A stretch of 64,000 nt of DNA. Origin: a candidate division FCPU426 bacterium (GTDB lineage Bacteria > Oederibacteriota > Muellerivitia > Muellerivitales > Muellerivitaceae). The DNA lies in contig CAWCKJ010000010.1 in assembly GCA_963796105.1 (NCBI GenBank), positions 110,653 through 174,652 on the forward strand, in the 5' to 3' direction. The notes beneath the pieces are model-generated. The model was given only the letters and a program-made list of their open reading frames with translations, ran no database searches and was not told the origin of the DNA. How positions within the stretch are numbered: position 1 is the first letter of the stretch; the number at the start of each line of letters is the position of its first letter. Shown piece after piece: positions 18,254-28,464 of the stretch. A program made the position numbers and the translations under genes.

Positions 18254-19420
18254 ATGCCTGACTTCAAACCCAAAAAAGAACACCGCTTTTCATTCGGACT
18301 TTGGTGCACCGCCAACAGGGGAAGGGACCCCTTTGGTGAGGAAACCCGTGACCGGCTGGACCCCATCACCAATATCAAAGAGCTGGGGAAAAGAAACGTC
18401 TTTGGCTTCAATTACCATGACGACGACTTGATCCCATTCGGCGCTTCCCTGCAGGTGCGCAACAAGATCATCAAGGAAACCAAAAAGGCCATGAAGGACT
18501 ACAACATCGTTTGCAGTATGGCCACCACCAATCTTTTCTACCACCGCGTCTTCAAGGACGGGGCCTTTACCAGCCACGACCCCAAGGTCCGCGCCTTCGC
18601 CTTGCAGAAGGTGATGAGGAACATGGACCTCGGGGCCGAGTTCGGGGCCAAGACCTATGTCTTTTGGGGAGGCCGCGAGGGGAATGAAGTGGACGCCGCG
18701 AAGACGCCGGAAGAAGCCATCAAGCGCTACCGCGAGTGCATGAATTTTCTCTGCGCTTACGCGCGCCATAACGGCTACAACTACAGGTTCGCCATCGAGC
18801 CCAAGCCCAACGAGCCGAGGGGGGACATATTCCTGGCCACGGCGGGGCACGTCCTGGCTTTCATCGAGACCCTGGACTATCCCGAGATGGTCGGGGTGAA
18901 CCCCGAGATTGAGCATTCACGGATGGCCGGTTTAAACTCCTACCACGATTTTGCCCAAGCCATGGAGGCGGGAAAGCTCTACCACGTGGACCTGGGGGCG
19001 CAGAAACCCTGCCGCTTCGACCAGGACCTGAGGTTCGGTTCCGAGGACCTCAAGGAGACTTTCTTCGTGGTGAAACTTCTCGAGGACCACGATTGGGCCG
19101 GCACCCGTAATTTCGACGAGCACCCCTACCGCAACGAGGACGAGAAGGGAGTTTGGGACTTCGTCGAGGGAAGCATGAGGACCTACCTGATCCTTTGGGA
19201 GAAGGTGAAACAGTTCAACGCCAACCGCAAGGTCCAGCAAATCCTGAAGGCGATCCACGGTTCGGACCCCCAGTTGGAGGGCTTGATGAGGCACTTCACC
19301 CTGGAAGGGGCGGAGAAATTAAGAAACCAAAACTTCAACCCGATCGCCTTGTCGAAGAAAAGGCTTCCATACGAGGAACTGGACCAGGTTCTCCAGGAAA
19401 TCCTGATGGGAGTCGCTTGA
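18254..19420 (+). CDS. xylA: Xylose isomerase (short class I type)
   Basis: FSFGLW, GRDPFG, HDDDL, WGGREG, EPKPNEPRGDI, DQDLRFG; GGAGG RBS before ATG 18254. Confidence 0.93.
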   Translation: MPDFKPKKEHRFSFGLWCTANRGRDPFGEETRDRLDPITNIKELGKRNVFGFNYHDDDLIPFGASLQVRNKIIKETKKAMKDYNIVCSMATTNLFYHRVFKDGAFTSHDPKVRAFALQKVMRNMDLGAEFGAKTYVFWGGREGNEVDAAKTPEEAIKRYRECMNFLCAYARHNGYNYRFAIEPKPNEPRGDIFLATAGHVLAFIETLDYPEMVGVNPEIEHSRMAGLNSYHDFAQAMEAGKLYHVDLGAQKPCRFDQDLRFGSEDLKETFFVVKLLEDHDWAGTRNFDEHPYRNEDEKGVWDFVEGSMRTYLILWEKVKQFNANRKVQQILKAIHGSDPQLEGLMRHFTLEGAEKLRNQNFNPIALSKKRLPYEELDQVLQEILMGVA

Positions 19421-19448
19421 GACTTTAAATTTTTTCGGAAGGAAAGAC

Positions 19449-20438
19449 ATGTCGACCACCATCCAGGAAATCGCTGATAAGGCGGGGGTCTCCAAAGCGA
19501 CGGTCTCGCGCGTCATCAACGGGCTCTCGGTCAAATACGAGACAGCGCAAAAGGTAAAGACAGTCATCACGAAGATGCAGTACCGCCCCCACCGGTTCGC
19601 GAGGGGCCTTTCGGCCCGCCAAACTGGGTTTTTGGGCATCGTTACGCCCCCCCTGGACGACCCCTATGTGGCCTCGGTGCTCGCCGGCATGGAGGAGGAG
19701 TCGGAAAGGCAGGGCAAACTCATCACCTTGAGCGTTTGCAGGGGCCCTGGAACGGATGAAAAGGAAATCATACAAAGCCTGACCAACCCGCCCTTGGTGG
19801 ACGGCCTGTTGTTCCTACTGCCGACGGTGTCGCTGGAGCCCCAGATCCGGGAACTGTCCAAGAAGGGCTTTTCGATCGTAGTGGCCTCCGAACGCAGGTT
19901 CGAGGAATTGGCCTCGGCCGTCGTCATCGACAATTTCAACGGCGCCAGGCAGGCCACCGAATACCTCATCGGGAAAGGCCACAAACGGATTGGTTTCATC
20001 TCGGGAAAGCCGGAATTGACCGATTCCTTCGACCGCTTGGAGGGCTATAGCCAGGCCCTGAAGGACGCGGGGATCCCCTTTATCGAGTCCCTCGTGGCGC
20101 CCGGCAATTACGAGCTCTCGGCGGGGCAGGCGGCGGCTGAAAAGTTCCTCGACATGGGCGACCCGCCCACCGCAGTTTTCGCCTCCAATGACCGGATGGC
20201 CATCGGGCTCCTGAAGACCCTTCAAGCCAAGAAAATGGAAGGCTCCATGGCCGTGGTGGGTTTCGACGACATTCCCATGGCCTCCCTCTGCTCCCCGGCC
20301 CTCACCACTATCGGGACCGACCTGAACGAGCTGGGCAGGCAGGCCGTCCATAAATTAATGCGCCTGGTCAAAGGCGAGGAAAAAGGCAGGTCCACCCTGA
20401 TGATGAAGACCCATCTCGTGGTCAGGGAATCGGCCTAA
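19449..20438 (+). CDS. LacI-family transcriptional regulator
   Basis: TIQEIADKAGVSKATVSRVIN, VVGFDDI, VVRESA. Confidence 0.95.
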   Translation: MSTTIQEIADKAGVSKATVSRVINGLSVKYETAQKVKTVITKMQYRPHRFARGLSARQTGFLGIVTPPLDDPYVASVLAGMEEESERQGKLITLSVCRGPGTDEKEIIQSLTNPPLVDGLLFLLPTVSLEPQIRELSKKGFSIVVASERRFEELASAVVIDNFNGARQATEYLIGKGHKRIGFISGKPELTDSFDRLEGYSQALKDAGIPFIESLVAPGNYELSAGQAAAEKFLDMGDPPTAVFASNDRMAIGLLKTLQAKKMEGSMAVVGFDDIPMASLCSPALTTIGTDLNELGRQAVHKLMRLVKGEEKGRSTLMMKTHLVVRESA

Positions 20439-20544
20439 AAGAACCACCTCTACAACCGGGATATTGGGTGGAGCCGCGTCTCAGTTCCGGCATTTTCTTA
20501 ATGTCCGACTCCGGCAAATTTTGAAAGACGCGTCATGAACGTCA

Positions 20545-20645
20545 ATTCCCCCCTTTGAAAAAGGGGGATAGGGGGTATTAGCCTTTGGCAAATCAGCAAG
20601 AAAAGACTAACTCCCCCTCATTCCCCCTCTTTCAGAGGGGGAGAT
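20545..20645. repeat. REP doublet CCCCCTTTGAAAAAGGGGG / CCCCCTCTTTCAGAGGGGG
   Basis: Two hairpins arranged as an inverted pair. Confidence 0.7.
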
Positions 20646-20707
20646 GTAGTGCGTCCAGACTGAATTTACCTAAGACGAGTTAATAATTATTTTTCGGGAG
20701 GACATTC

Positions 20708-22000
20708 ATGAAAAAATTCCAGGCCTGCTTTTGGGCGATGGTTTTGATTTCCACAATGTTGGGAGGCTGCGCCCCCAAGAGGGATGAAACTGTCATCCGG
20801 GTGGCGGATTTCCTCACGGACCCGGCCCTTATCAAGATCATCGACAACAACCTGCGAAGCCTCGAGAAGCAGTACCCGGGACTGAGGATCAAGCTGGAGA
20901 CGACACCCTACAGCGAGTACCAGCAAAAGATCGTCACCCAGATCTCGGCTGATTCCGCGCCCGACATCCTTTATGTCGAGGTGAATAATTTCGTGGACCT
21001 TTACCTGAAGGACGTCTTCGAAGATTTGAATCCCTATGTGGAGAAGGACCAGGTGGACTTGAAGGCCTATTACCCCGGCGTGATCGGGCGCTTCAGCCCC
21101 CAGGGCCACCTTTACGCCATGCCCCAGGATACGGCCCCCTCCGGTCTGATGTATTACAACAAAAAGATGTTCGACGAGGCCGGGGTGCCCTATCCCACCG
21201 GCGACTGGAGCTGGCCTGAGCCTTTCCTTTCCATCTGCGAGAAGCTGACGCGCAAGGACGCCAAGGGGAAAACCGTTCGGTGGGCCTATTGCGACGCCTA
21301 TCCCGTGCAATTCGAGAATTTCCTCTACAGCGCCGGGGGCGGGTACGTGGACCATCCCGAAAACCCCACCAAATTCACGGCCGACAGCCCCGCGGCCATG
21401 ATGGCGGCCAAGTTCCGGTATGAGCTGATCAACAAGTACCACGTCTCGCCCAGCGTGAGCGAGATCCAATCCTTCAATTTCGCCAGCGGGGTGGAGCAGA
21501 TGTTCGCCAACGGGCAGATCGCCCTCATGGATTCCGGCATCTGGCACACCCCCCAGCTCCTGAAGACCAAGGACCTGCGGTTCGACGTGGTGGAATTCCC
21601 CAAGGGTCCCACGGGCCTGAGGGCCTGGGGAACGGGCGGGTCCGGCTACGCCATCTGCAAGAATTCCAAGAACAAGGAACTGGCCTGGAAAGTGATCAAG
21701 GAATTGACCAGCGAGGCCTCCCTCACCCGCCTGGCCGCCACCGGCATGATCCAGCCGGCCCTGATCAGCCTGGCTGGATCGGATATCTTCGCGAAGGCCC
21801 CTGGACCGGAGCACAAGGGTATCCTCCTGGACATGCCGAAAGACTCCATTTATGAGCCTTTTATCGCCAACTGGGGGGAGATTTTCTACGGCACCCTGGG
21901 GCCGGCCATGGACCCTGTCTGGCTGGGGGAAAAGACCCCCGAACAAGTCCTGCCGGAAGTCACCAAGCGCATCAACCAAAAATTCTTCAAGGCGAAATAA
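20708..22000 (+). CDS. Sugar ABC transporter substrate-binding lipoprotein (SBP family 1)
   Basis: Lipobox LGGC, APDI, YYNKKMFDEAGV, FANGQIAL. Confidence 0.92.
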   Translation: MKKFQACFWAMVLISTMLGGCAPKRDETVIRVADFLTDPALIKIIDNNLRSLEKQYPGLRIKLETTPYSEYQQKIVTQISADSAPDILYVEVNNFVDLYLKDVFEDLNPYVEKDQVDLKAYYPGVIGRFSPQGHLYAMPQDTAPSGLMYYNKKMFDEAGVPYPTGDWSWPEPFLSICEKLTRKDAKGKTVRWAYCDAYPVQFENFLYSAGGGYVDHPENPTKFTADSPAAMMAAKFRYELINKYHVSPSVSEIQSFNFASGVEQMFANGQIALMDSGIWHTPQLLKTKDLRFDVVEFPKGPTGLRAWGTGGSGYAICKNSKNKELAWKVIKELTSEASLTRLAATGMIQPALISLAGSDIFAKAPGPEHKGILLDMPKDSIYEPFIANWGEIFYGTLGPAMDPVWLGEKTPEQVLPEVTKRINQKFFKAK

Positions 22001-22002
22001 AC

Positions 22003-24000
22003 GTGAAATGGGAAATTAAGCCCCAGGGGGAATGGCTCCTTTCCTACCGAGGAAAGAGCCTGGCCCGCGTTCCGGCCGCCTTGGAAATGGAAGTGAAGGG
22101 CCGTCTTTTCCATGAGGGATGGCGGGTAAGAAAAGGGAACAAACTTAAGGGTTTCCTTGCGGATGAAAAGGGGCCCTTTCTCCAGGTAGAATCCCTATTC
22201 CGACAAAGCATTATTGATGGCCAGGAAGTCCTGGAAGAAAACCGAACCTACCGCGCCTTGAGAGAAATACCCCAGGCTCTTTTGACGATCCGTTGTTTTC
22301 TAAAACCTGTCCGAAAAGCAGAGGATGGTTTCCTGGTCATTCCCGCCCTTTGGTACGGGGACAACGAGGCCTGGAACAAGAAAGTGGTTTATCCCAAGGG
22401 CTTGGACCAGGACTGGAGCTTCAAGGCGGACGGGTCCTCATGCCCCGCCGTGGTTTGGACGACCCCTGATTCTTCCTACGCGGTAGCTGTCGAAAATTCC
22501 GTCAAGTTTCCGGTCAAGCGTCCAGGCTTGGGTGACGTGCTGGGAATCGGCTTCGCGAAAATGGGGAAAAATCCCCAGGCAGTTTTTACTTTTCCGGCGC
22601 AGGAGATTCCCAATAGTTATCCCAGGGCCAGGAAACTCAGGGCTCCCTTAAAACCCCGGCAGGACTGGAAAAAAGGACAAACCCTCACCCTTACTCTTCA
22701 TCACCTGGCGTCCCTTAGCGACAGGGCTTTCCATGTAAAGGTTTGGAGGACCCTGGGCAAAAGCCTTTCAAAAGATTGCCGCTATGCCGTAAACACCCAA
22801 GCCTTGCGAAAGACCGCGGATCTTTTCACCTATTGCCTCAAGAATTCCCACTTCCTCAAGGGAAAGGGCTTTTCCCACCGGCATGATATTCCTGAAATTT
22901 TCACGGGCTGGTGCGGGGGTTTCGCGGCGGCTTACGCCTCGATCAAATGGGCCGATCTCACGGGAGACCCGGAGTTCCGGCGCATGGGTGAAACCATGTG
23001 CGATTACATCAGCCGGGAGGGGATTTCACCCTCCGGAATTTTTTATTCCGAGAACGTCAAGGGGATTTGGCTCCAGAAGGTATTCTGGGGCGTGGCCCAA
23101 GGCATTCACATGAGAAACCCCTCGGAAGGGTCCTGCTACCTGGCCTTGATCCTGGAACAAGAGCGTTCCAGGGGCAGGTACCGCGTGGAATGGGACCAGG
23201 CCTTACGATCCAACCTCGACACGGTCCTATCCCTGCAAAGAAAGGACGGGGCCATTCCCCATGAGATCGACGGCAAAACAGGTAAACCCCTATCCTGGGT
23301 TGGGGCGACCTCCGGGGCCTGGGCAGGGGCCTTGGCTGTTTATTCCCGGATTGACGAGGATAAAGCCAGGGGAAGGAGTTATCTCGCGGCGGCCAAGAGG
23401 GCCGCAAGCTATTACCTCCGGCAATATGTCGAGAAGGAAAGGTACATCGGGGGCCCTTACGACACCTATATGGCTCCTAATATGGAGGACCCCTACAACC
23501 TGCTTTTGGCCTATTCGGAGCTGTACGAGACCACGAAGGAGCGTAAATGGCTCCAAGCCGCCAAGAGGATCGCGGACCACCTGCTTTCCTGGCGCTACCT
23601 TTACGATGTCCGGTTCCCGGACGCGACGATTTGCCTGAAGCAAAAGGTGAAGACCTTCCATATGTCGCCTGCCTCGGTATCCAACAAGCACATCCAAAAC
23701 TGGGACACCTTGGCGGACACTTATCTTTTACGCCTGAGCCGGTGGCTCAAGGACCCCTTTTACGCCGACTGCGCCACTCAGCATTTAGCGGCCTCCACCC
23801 AATTGGTCCAGAAGGGACAGCTTCCCAAAGGTATTCCCTACGGGGGGCAGTCGGAGCAATGGTACGCCACGCAATTCAACTGGTTCGGCAATTGCGGAAA
23901 ATATTCCAAGGGAAACCTTTGGCAGATCACCGTGGCCCTGCCCAAAGCGGGGTTTTTAATCTCATTGACGGATTATTTAACCGGGAACAAAGATAATTGA
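22003..24000 (+). CDS. Hypothetical protein, probable (alpha/alpha)6-barrel glycosidase-like
   Basis: 665 aa; helical repeats such as ELYETTKERKWLQAAKRIAD; sits in xylose cluster. Confidence 0.65.
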   Translation: MKWEIKPQGEWLLSYRGKSLARVPAALEMEVKGRLFHEGWRVRKGNKLKGFLADEKGPFLQVESLFRQSIIDGQEVLEENRTYRALREIPQALLTIRCFLKPVRKAEDGFLVIPALWYGDNEAWNKKVVYPKGLDQDWSFKADGSSCPAVVWTTPDSSYAVAVENSVKFPVKRPGLGDVLGIGFAKMGKNPQAVFTFPAQEIPNSYPRARKLRAPLKPRQDWKKGQTLTLTLHHLASLSDRAFHVKVWRTLGKSLSKDCRYAVNTQALRKTADLFTYCLKNSHFLKGKGFSHRHDIPEIFTGWCGGFAAAYASIKWADLTGDPEFRRMGETMCDYISREGISPSGIFYSENVKGIWLQKVFWGVAQGIHMRNPSEGSCYLALILEQERSRGRYRVEWDQALRSNLDTVLSLQRKDGAIPHEIDGKTGKPLSWVGATSGAWAGALAVYSRIDEDKARGRSYLAAAKRAASYYLRQYVEKERYIGGPYDTYMAPNMEDPYNLLLAYSELYETTKERKWLQAAKRIADHLLSWRYLYDVRFPDATICLKQKVKTFHMSPASVSNKHIQNWDTLADTYLLRLSRWLKDPFYADCATQHLAASTQLVQKGQLPKGIPYGGQSEQWYATQFNWFGNCGKYSKGNLWQITVALPKAGFLISLTDYLTGNKDN

Positions 24001-24046
24001 TGTTATGAATTTCAAGACTGAAAGATGTTAGGAAAAAAAGTTCTTA

Positions 24047-24278
24047 GCCATGGATTCAGGGGATGCACTGGATAGCAAAAGAAAGGGATCTGGGCAAGCA
24101 GCAGATCGTGTTATTTGGCTTAGCTGAGGGCAGATGGAAGAATTAATTTTTCCATGGACCGCAGGGTAGGGTCATAGCTCCCCGCACCGCAGCGGGAAGC
24201 AGTGCCATCGGGCGCAAAGTTAAAACTTTTGTCTCGATCTAGACTTGTTGAATCCCATGTATCCCATGCATCCGTGGC
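24047..24278. repeat. Complete GCCA..GATTCAGGGGATGC...ATCCCATGCATCCGTGGC MITE-like element
   Basis: Both inverted arms present. Confidence 0.75.
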
Positions 24279-24365
24279 AAAAATATTTTTATGCTTTGGC
24301 CCGAAAGCCAAAATCCTGAGGGCTCAGCACAAAAATTCTTTTGATTAATTTTAAGGGAGGTTTTT

Positions 24366-25895
24366 ATGGCTTACGTGATCGGCTGTGACATCGGGACTTC
24401 CGGAACCAAGGCCATCGTGGTCTCCGAGACGGGCAAGGTCTTGTCCAAAGTTACGGTGGAATACCCCCTTTCCACACCCCATCCCGGTTGGGCGGAACAG
24501 CACCCCGACACCTGGGTGAAGGCGGCGGAGGAAGCCATCGCCTCGGCTGTGAAAATCGCGAGGGCTAAGCCTGGGGAAGTCCGGGCCTTAGGTTTTTCAG
24601 GCCAGATGCATTCCTCCGTGTTTCTCGACAAGACGGGAAAAGTTTTAAGACCAGCCCTTCTTTGGTGTGATACCCGCACTCACGAGGAATGCGTGGAAAT
24701 CACCAGGAAAATCGGCGAGAAGAACTTGAAGGCCTGGGTCTCCAATCCCGCGTTGGAGGGATTCACTCTTCCGAAAATCCTCTGGGTGCGAAAACACGAG
24801 CCGAAGGTTTATGCCAAAATCGCCCAGGTCATGATGCCCAAGGATTACGTCCGCTTCTGTCTCACGGGGGAGTACGCCACGGAGGTTTCGGACGCGGCGG
24901 GGACCCTTTATTTCGACGTGAGGAACCGCAGTTGGTCGAAGGAAATCCTCGGGAAACTCAATATTCCCCTGGCCTGGTTCCCAAGAGTGGTGGAATCCCA
25001 GGATGTCTGCGGGCGTCTCACGCCGAAGGCGGCGAAGACCCTGGGCCTCGCGGCGGGAACCCCGGTGGTGGGGGGAGGCGCGGACAATACCTGCGGCGCC
25101 GTGGGAAACGGGATCATCAAGTTGGGGGATGTCATGGCCAGCTTGGGGACCTCCGGCGTTTTCTTCGCGCACTCGGACCAGATCAAGGTGGATCCCGGCA
25201 TGAGGGCGCATACTTTCTGCCACAGTGTTCCCAAGAAGTGGTATTTGATGGGAGTCATGCTCTCCGCCGGGTTCTCGCTGAGGTGGTACAGGGACAATTT
25301 GGGATTGAGGGAAAAGGAATTGGCTATCAAGGCTGGGAAAGATCCCTACAACGTCTTGAGCGACCAAGCTTCCAAAATCCAGGAGGGAAGCGAAGGATTG
25401 CTATTCCTCCCTTACCTGATGGGGGAGAGGACCCCGCACAAGGACCCCCACGCGCGGGGAGCCTTCGTGGGAGTGAGCGCGCGCCACGGGCGGGCACATT
25501 TCGCGCGAGCGGTATTCGAGGGGATCACCTTCGGCATGAGGGATTCCTTGGAGATTTTCAAGGAACTTCATGTTCCCGTCCGAAGGGTGGTCGCCACCGG
25601 GGGAGGCGCTGTGAATCCCTTCTGGCGCCAATTGCAGGCGGACATCTACGGTGAGGAGGTCGCGACGGTCAACAGCCAGGAAGGCCCGGCATTCGGGGCC
25701 GCGATCCTCGCGATGGTGGGGGTCGGAGTTTACAGAACGGTTCCGGAAGCCTGCTCCAAACTCATCCGGGTTTCCAGCCATACCTACCCCCGGAAAGCCT
25801 CTCATCGGAAATACAATGACTGGTACGCCGAGTTCAGGAAGCTTTACCCGGCCCTGAAGCCGTCTTTCGCCTCGATCGGAAGAAAACTCACTTAG
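24366..25895 (+). CDS. xylB: Xylulokinase
   Basis: IGCDIGTSGTKA, SGQMH, WCDTR, GGADN, LPYLMGERTPH. Confidence 0.96.
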   Translation: MAYVIGCDIGTSGTKAIVVSETGKVLSKVTVEYPLSTPHPGWAEQHPDTWVKAAEEAIASAVKIARAKPGEVRALGFSGQMHSSVFLDKTGKVLRPALLWCDTRTHEECVEITRKIGEKNLKAWVSNPALEGFTLPKILWVRKHEPKVYAKIAQVMMPKDYVRFCLTGEYATEVSDAAGTLYFDVRNRSWSKEILGKLNIPLAWFPRVVESQDVCGRLTPKAAKTLGLAAGTPVVGGGADNTCGAVGNGIIKLGDVMASLGTSGVFFAHSDQIKVDPGMRAHTFCHSVPKKWYLMGVMLSAGFSLRWYRDNLGLREKELAIKAGKDPYNVLSDQASKIQEGSEGLLFLPYLMGERTPHKDPHARGAFVGVSARHGRAHFARAVFEGITFGMRDSLEIFKELHVPVRRVVATGGGAVNPFWRQLQADIYGEEVATVNSQEGPAFGAAILAMVGVGVYRTVPEACSKLIRVSSHTYPRKASHRKYNDWYAEFRKLYPALKPSFASIGRKLT

Positions 25896-25971
25896 GTACG
25901 GTATGTTTATTTCAGACTGATTGAAACCTTTCACAGCCTTTCTTGATATTTTTCACTTACGGGTATAATTT

Positions 25972-27384
25972 CACTGCTGTCCTAGATAAACCTATTTGTC
26001 TTTGAACCTCCCAGGAAAACAAGCGATTTAGGACAGGCTCGTGAATTTTCTGGGATAAGCCCCCCCTCTTTCGTCCTGATGCTGTCCAAATTAAGAATGT
26101 ATTAATTCCATCTGCTTTTCCAAAGGTTCCAGTCTCGCCACTAGGAACGGTGCATCCAACCAGGCCCACAAATCACGATAGGTCAACAGGTTCATCCGTA
26201 GCATGGCAGCCAAGTGGGATAAACTCCAGGCGATCCGGCTCTTCAATTGAAGGAACTTCAACAGTAGCATGGCAATCAATGCTGTCCAAATCTGCGTCTG
26301 AACGGCATTCTCAGTGGTACCCACAAAAGTTTTTACCCGGAGGTTCTGCTTGAGAGCCTTGAAAAACAACTCGATCTGCCAACGTTCCTTGTAAATGGCA
26401 CCCACCGTCGAGGCGGCAAAACCCATGTGGTTGGTCAGGAACACCAACTCCCGCTTCTGGTCTTCGTCCCATACCACCACCCGTCGCATCTCTTTAGGGT
26501 AGGCTTCATGTGACCGAAACGTCGTCAACCGTATCACCTGGTCCTTCAAGACGTTGCCCGTTTTCGGAACCGTCAGGCTTTTCACCACCTCGTAGGCCAT
26601 GTTGATCTTGGCCCGGGTCACCCACCACACGCCTTGGAATGTCCATCGGGCCAGAAGAAAGAAATCCACATACCCCCGATCCATCACCACGATTGAATCC
26701 ACTGGAAAATCGAGCTTTTGGGCCACCTTCACGTCATGCGTGCCTCCCTCCGTTACGAGTCCCCAGCAGGGCAAGTACCCCTGATGGTCCAGCAGAAGAT
26801 GGAGTTTGATGGCCCCTTTGGTTCTACGGAATTTCGCCCAGTCGAACACTGACAAACAAAGGTCGATGGTGCTGGAATCCAGGCTATAAAGAGGATTTTT
26901 AAACCTGAATTTTCTTTTTGAGGTGGCCGCCAACAACTGGCACTTCGATAATAAATGGTAAAAAAGCTTTTGTTGAACCCGCCAAGAACGCTTGGCGTTG
27001 GCATAGGCCAAGGTGGATTTAGTGGGAGCTTTGCAAAGACCCAAGTGGGTCAATTTCCCAAGGGCCGTACTGAGGCCGCCACAGATTTCCCTCAAGGAAT
27101 GGGCTGCTCCCATCTGGCAGAAAAGCATGGAAACAAACTGATCCCAGCAACTGAATCCCTTGGAGTGCTTTTCGGCTTCAATCTCTCGCACGATTCGCTC
27201 AAAAGCGGTTCGGTCTACGAGTTTCAACACTTGGGCAAATAGACTGGTTGGTGGTACCATAAAAAAGCGCCTCCGTATGTTTGAAGTAGCGACGGCTGGT
27301 AACCGTTGCTTTGGGCTGTCATCAAATCCAATTCTACTTCAATCGGAGGCGTCTTTTTTTAGGCCTTTATTTAGGACAAGAGTG
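25972..27384 (-). mobile_element. IS4-family insertion sequence
   Basis: TIRs CACTGCTGTCCTAGATAAA / CACTCTTGTCCTAAATAAA; 9-bp TSD GTATAATTT (25963-25971, 27385-27393). Confidence 0.92.
26091..27260 (-). CDS. IS4-family transposase (DUF4372 + DDE)
   Basis: FSCWDQFVSMLFCQ, LDSSTIDL, MDRGY, YKERWQIELFFKALKQ. Confidence 0.95.
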   Translation of the reverse strand: MVPPTSLFAQVLKLVDRTAFERIVREIEAEKHSKGFSCWDQFVSMLFCQMGAAHSLREICGGLSTALGKLTHLGLCKAPTKSTLAYANAKRSWRVQQKLFYHLLSKCQLLAATSKRKFRFKNPLYSLDSSTIDLCLSVFDWAKFRRTKGAIKLHLLLDHQGYLPCWGLVTEGGTHDVKVAQKLDFPVDSIVVMDRGYVDFFLLARWTFQGVWWVTRAKINMAYEVVKSLTVPKTGNVLKDQVIRLTTFRSHEAYPKEMRRVVVWDEDQKRELVFLTNHMGFAASTVGAIYKERWQIELFFKALKQNLRVKTFVGTTENAVQTQIWTALIAMLLLKFLQLKSRIAWSLSHLAAMLRMNLLTYRDLWAWLDAPFLVARLEPLEKQMELIHS

Positions 27385-27449
27385 GTATAATTTCAATAAT
27401 CGCTTCTTGGATCGCCTGAAAGCGAATTTAAATTCGTTAGAGGAAAACC

Positions 27450-28447
27450 ATGGTCTTTTCCCGAGCCTGGGCCGCCTGTTTCATTTTAAACATAGGGGTT
27501 TTGGGGGGCTATGGCTGCAAGCGCCAAATCGCCACACCGGTTTTAGTTGTTGCCGGGAAGGATTGGACCCAATCCACCACCAGCACTGTTTTCACCCCCA
27601 GGTATTACCAGACGGGAGTGGTCTATAACTCGAAGATGTGGATAATCGGAGGCAACGCGGGCAACTGGAATTACCTGAATGACGTCTGGTCATCTACTAA
27701 TGGAACCGCTTGGAGCCAGGCCACGACCAATGCCGGATTCTCCCAGAGATACGCCCTTTCCTCTTTAGTCTATGGCGGGAAAATGTGGGTCATCGGCGGT
27801 TACGATTCTAACGGCTTGTTCCAAAACGATGTCTGGTCCTCTTCCGACGGGGTTACTTGGACACCTGTCACATCTGCCGCTTCCTTCAGCGGCAGGGCCG
27901 CGATGGGCTGTGTGGTTTTCAATAACGCCATGTATGTTATCGGGGGTTTTTCCCCTTCTTTGGCGGGGAGCAAAACGATGTTTGGACTTCAACCGACGGG
28001 GCCAATTGGTCGCCTGTGACCATGACCGCTGCTTTTCAGCCCCGAAGTATTTTTAGCTGCGTCGTCAATAACGGGAAGATATGGCTGATCACAGGACTCA
28101 GCACCCAGGGAAAAACCGCCACAGTATATGATGATGTCTGGAGTTCCGCCGACGGAGCCCATTGGACCCAGGCCGCCGCCACCGTGGCATTCTCTGGGCG
28201 CTATGCCCAGACCTCCGTGGTTTATAACAATGACCTATGGGTGATTGGCGGGAATGTTGGGCTGGCACCCTTCCTCAATGACGTGTATTCCTCATCAGAT
28301 GGGGCCAATTGGAACCAGGTTTCCCCTGGCGCGGCTTTTTCCGGCAGATGCGACCATACCAGCCTGGTCTTCAACGGAAAAATGTGGGTGCTCGGGGGAC
28401 TGGACTCGAATTCAAACCCCCTCAACGATGTTTGGCACTCGCCCTGA
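27450..28447 (+). pseudogene. Kelch-like beta-propeller lipoprotein split by -1 frameshift near 27944-27955
   Basis: Six KMWxIGG...NDVWSSxDGxxW repeats continue from ORF 27450 into the frame of ORF 28016 (EQNDVWTSTDGANW). Confidence 0.8.
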
Positions 28448-28464
28448 AGGGTTGTTTGGAGGGG

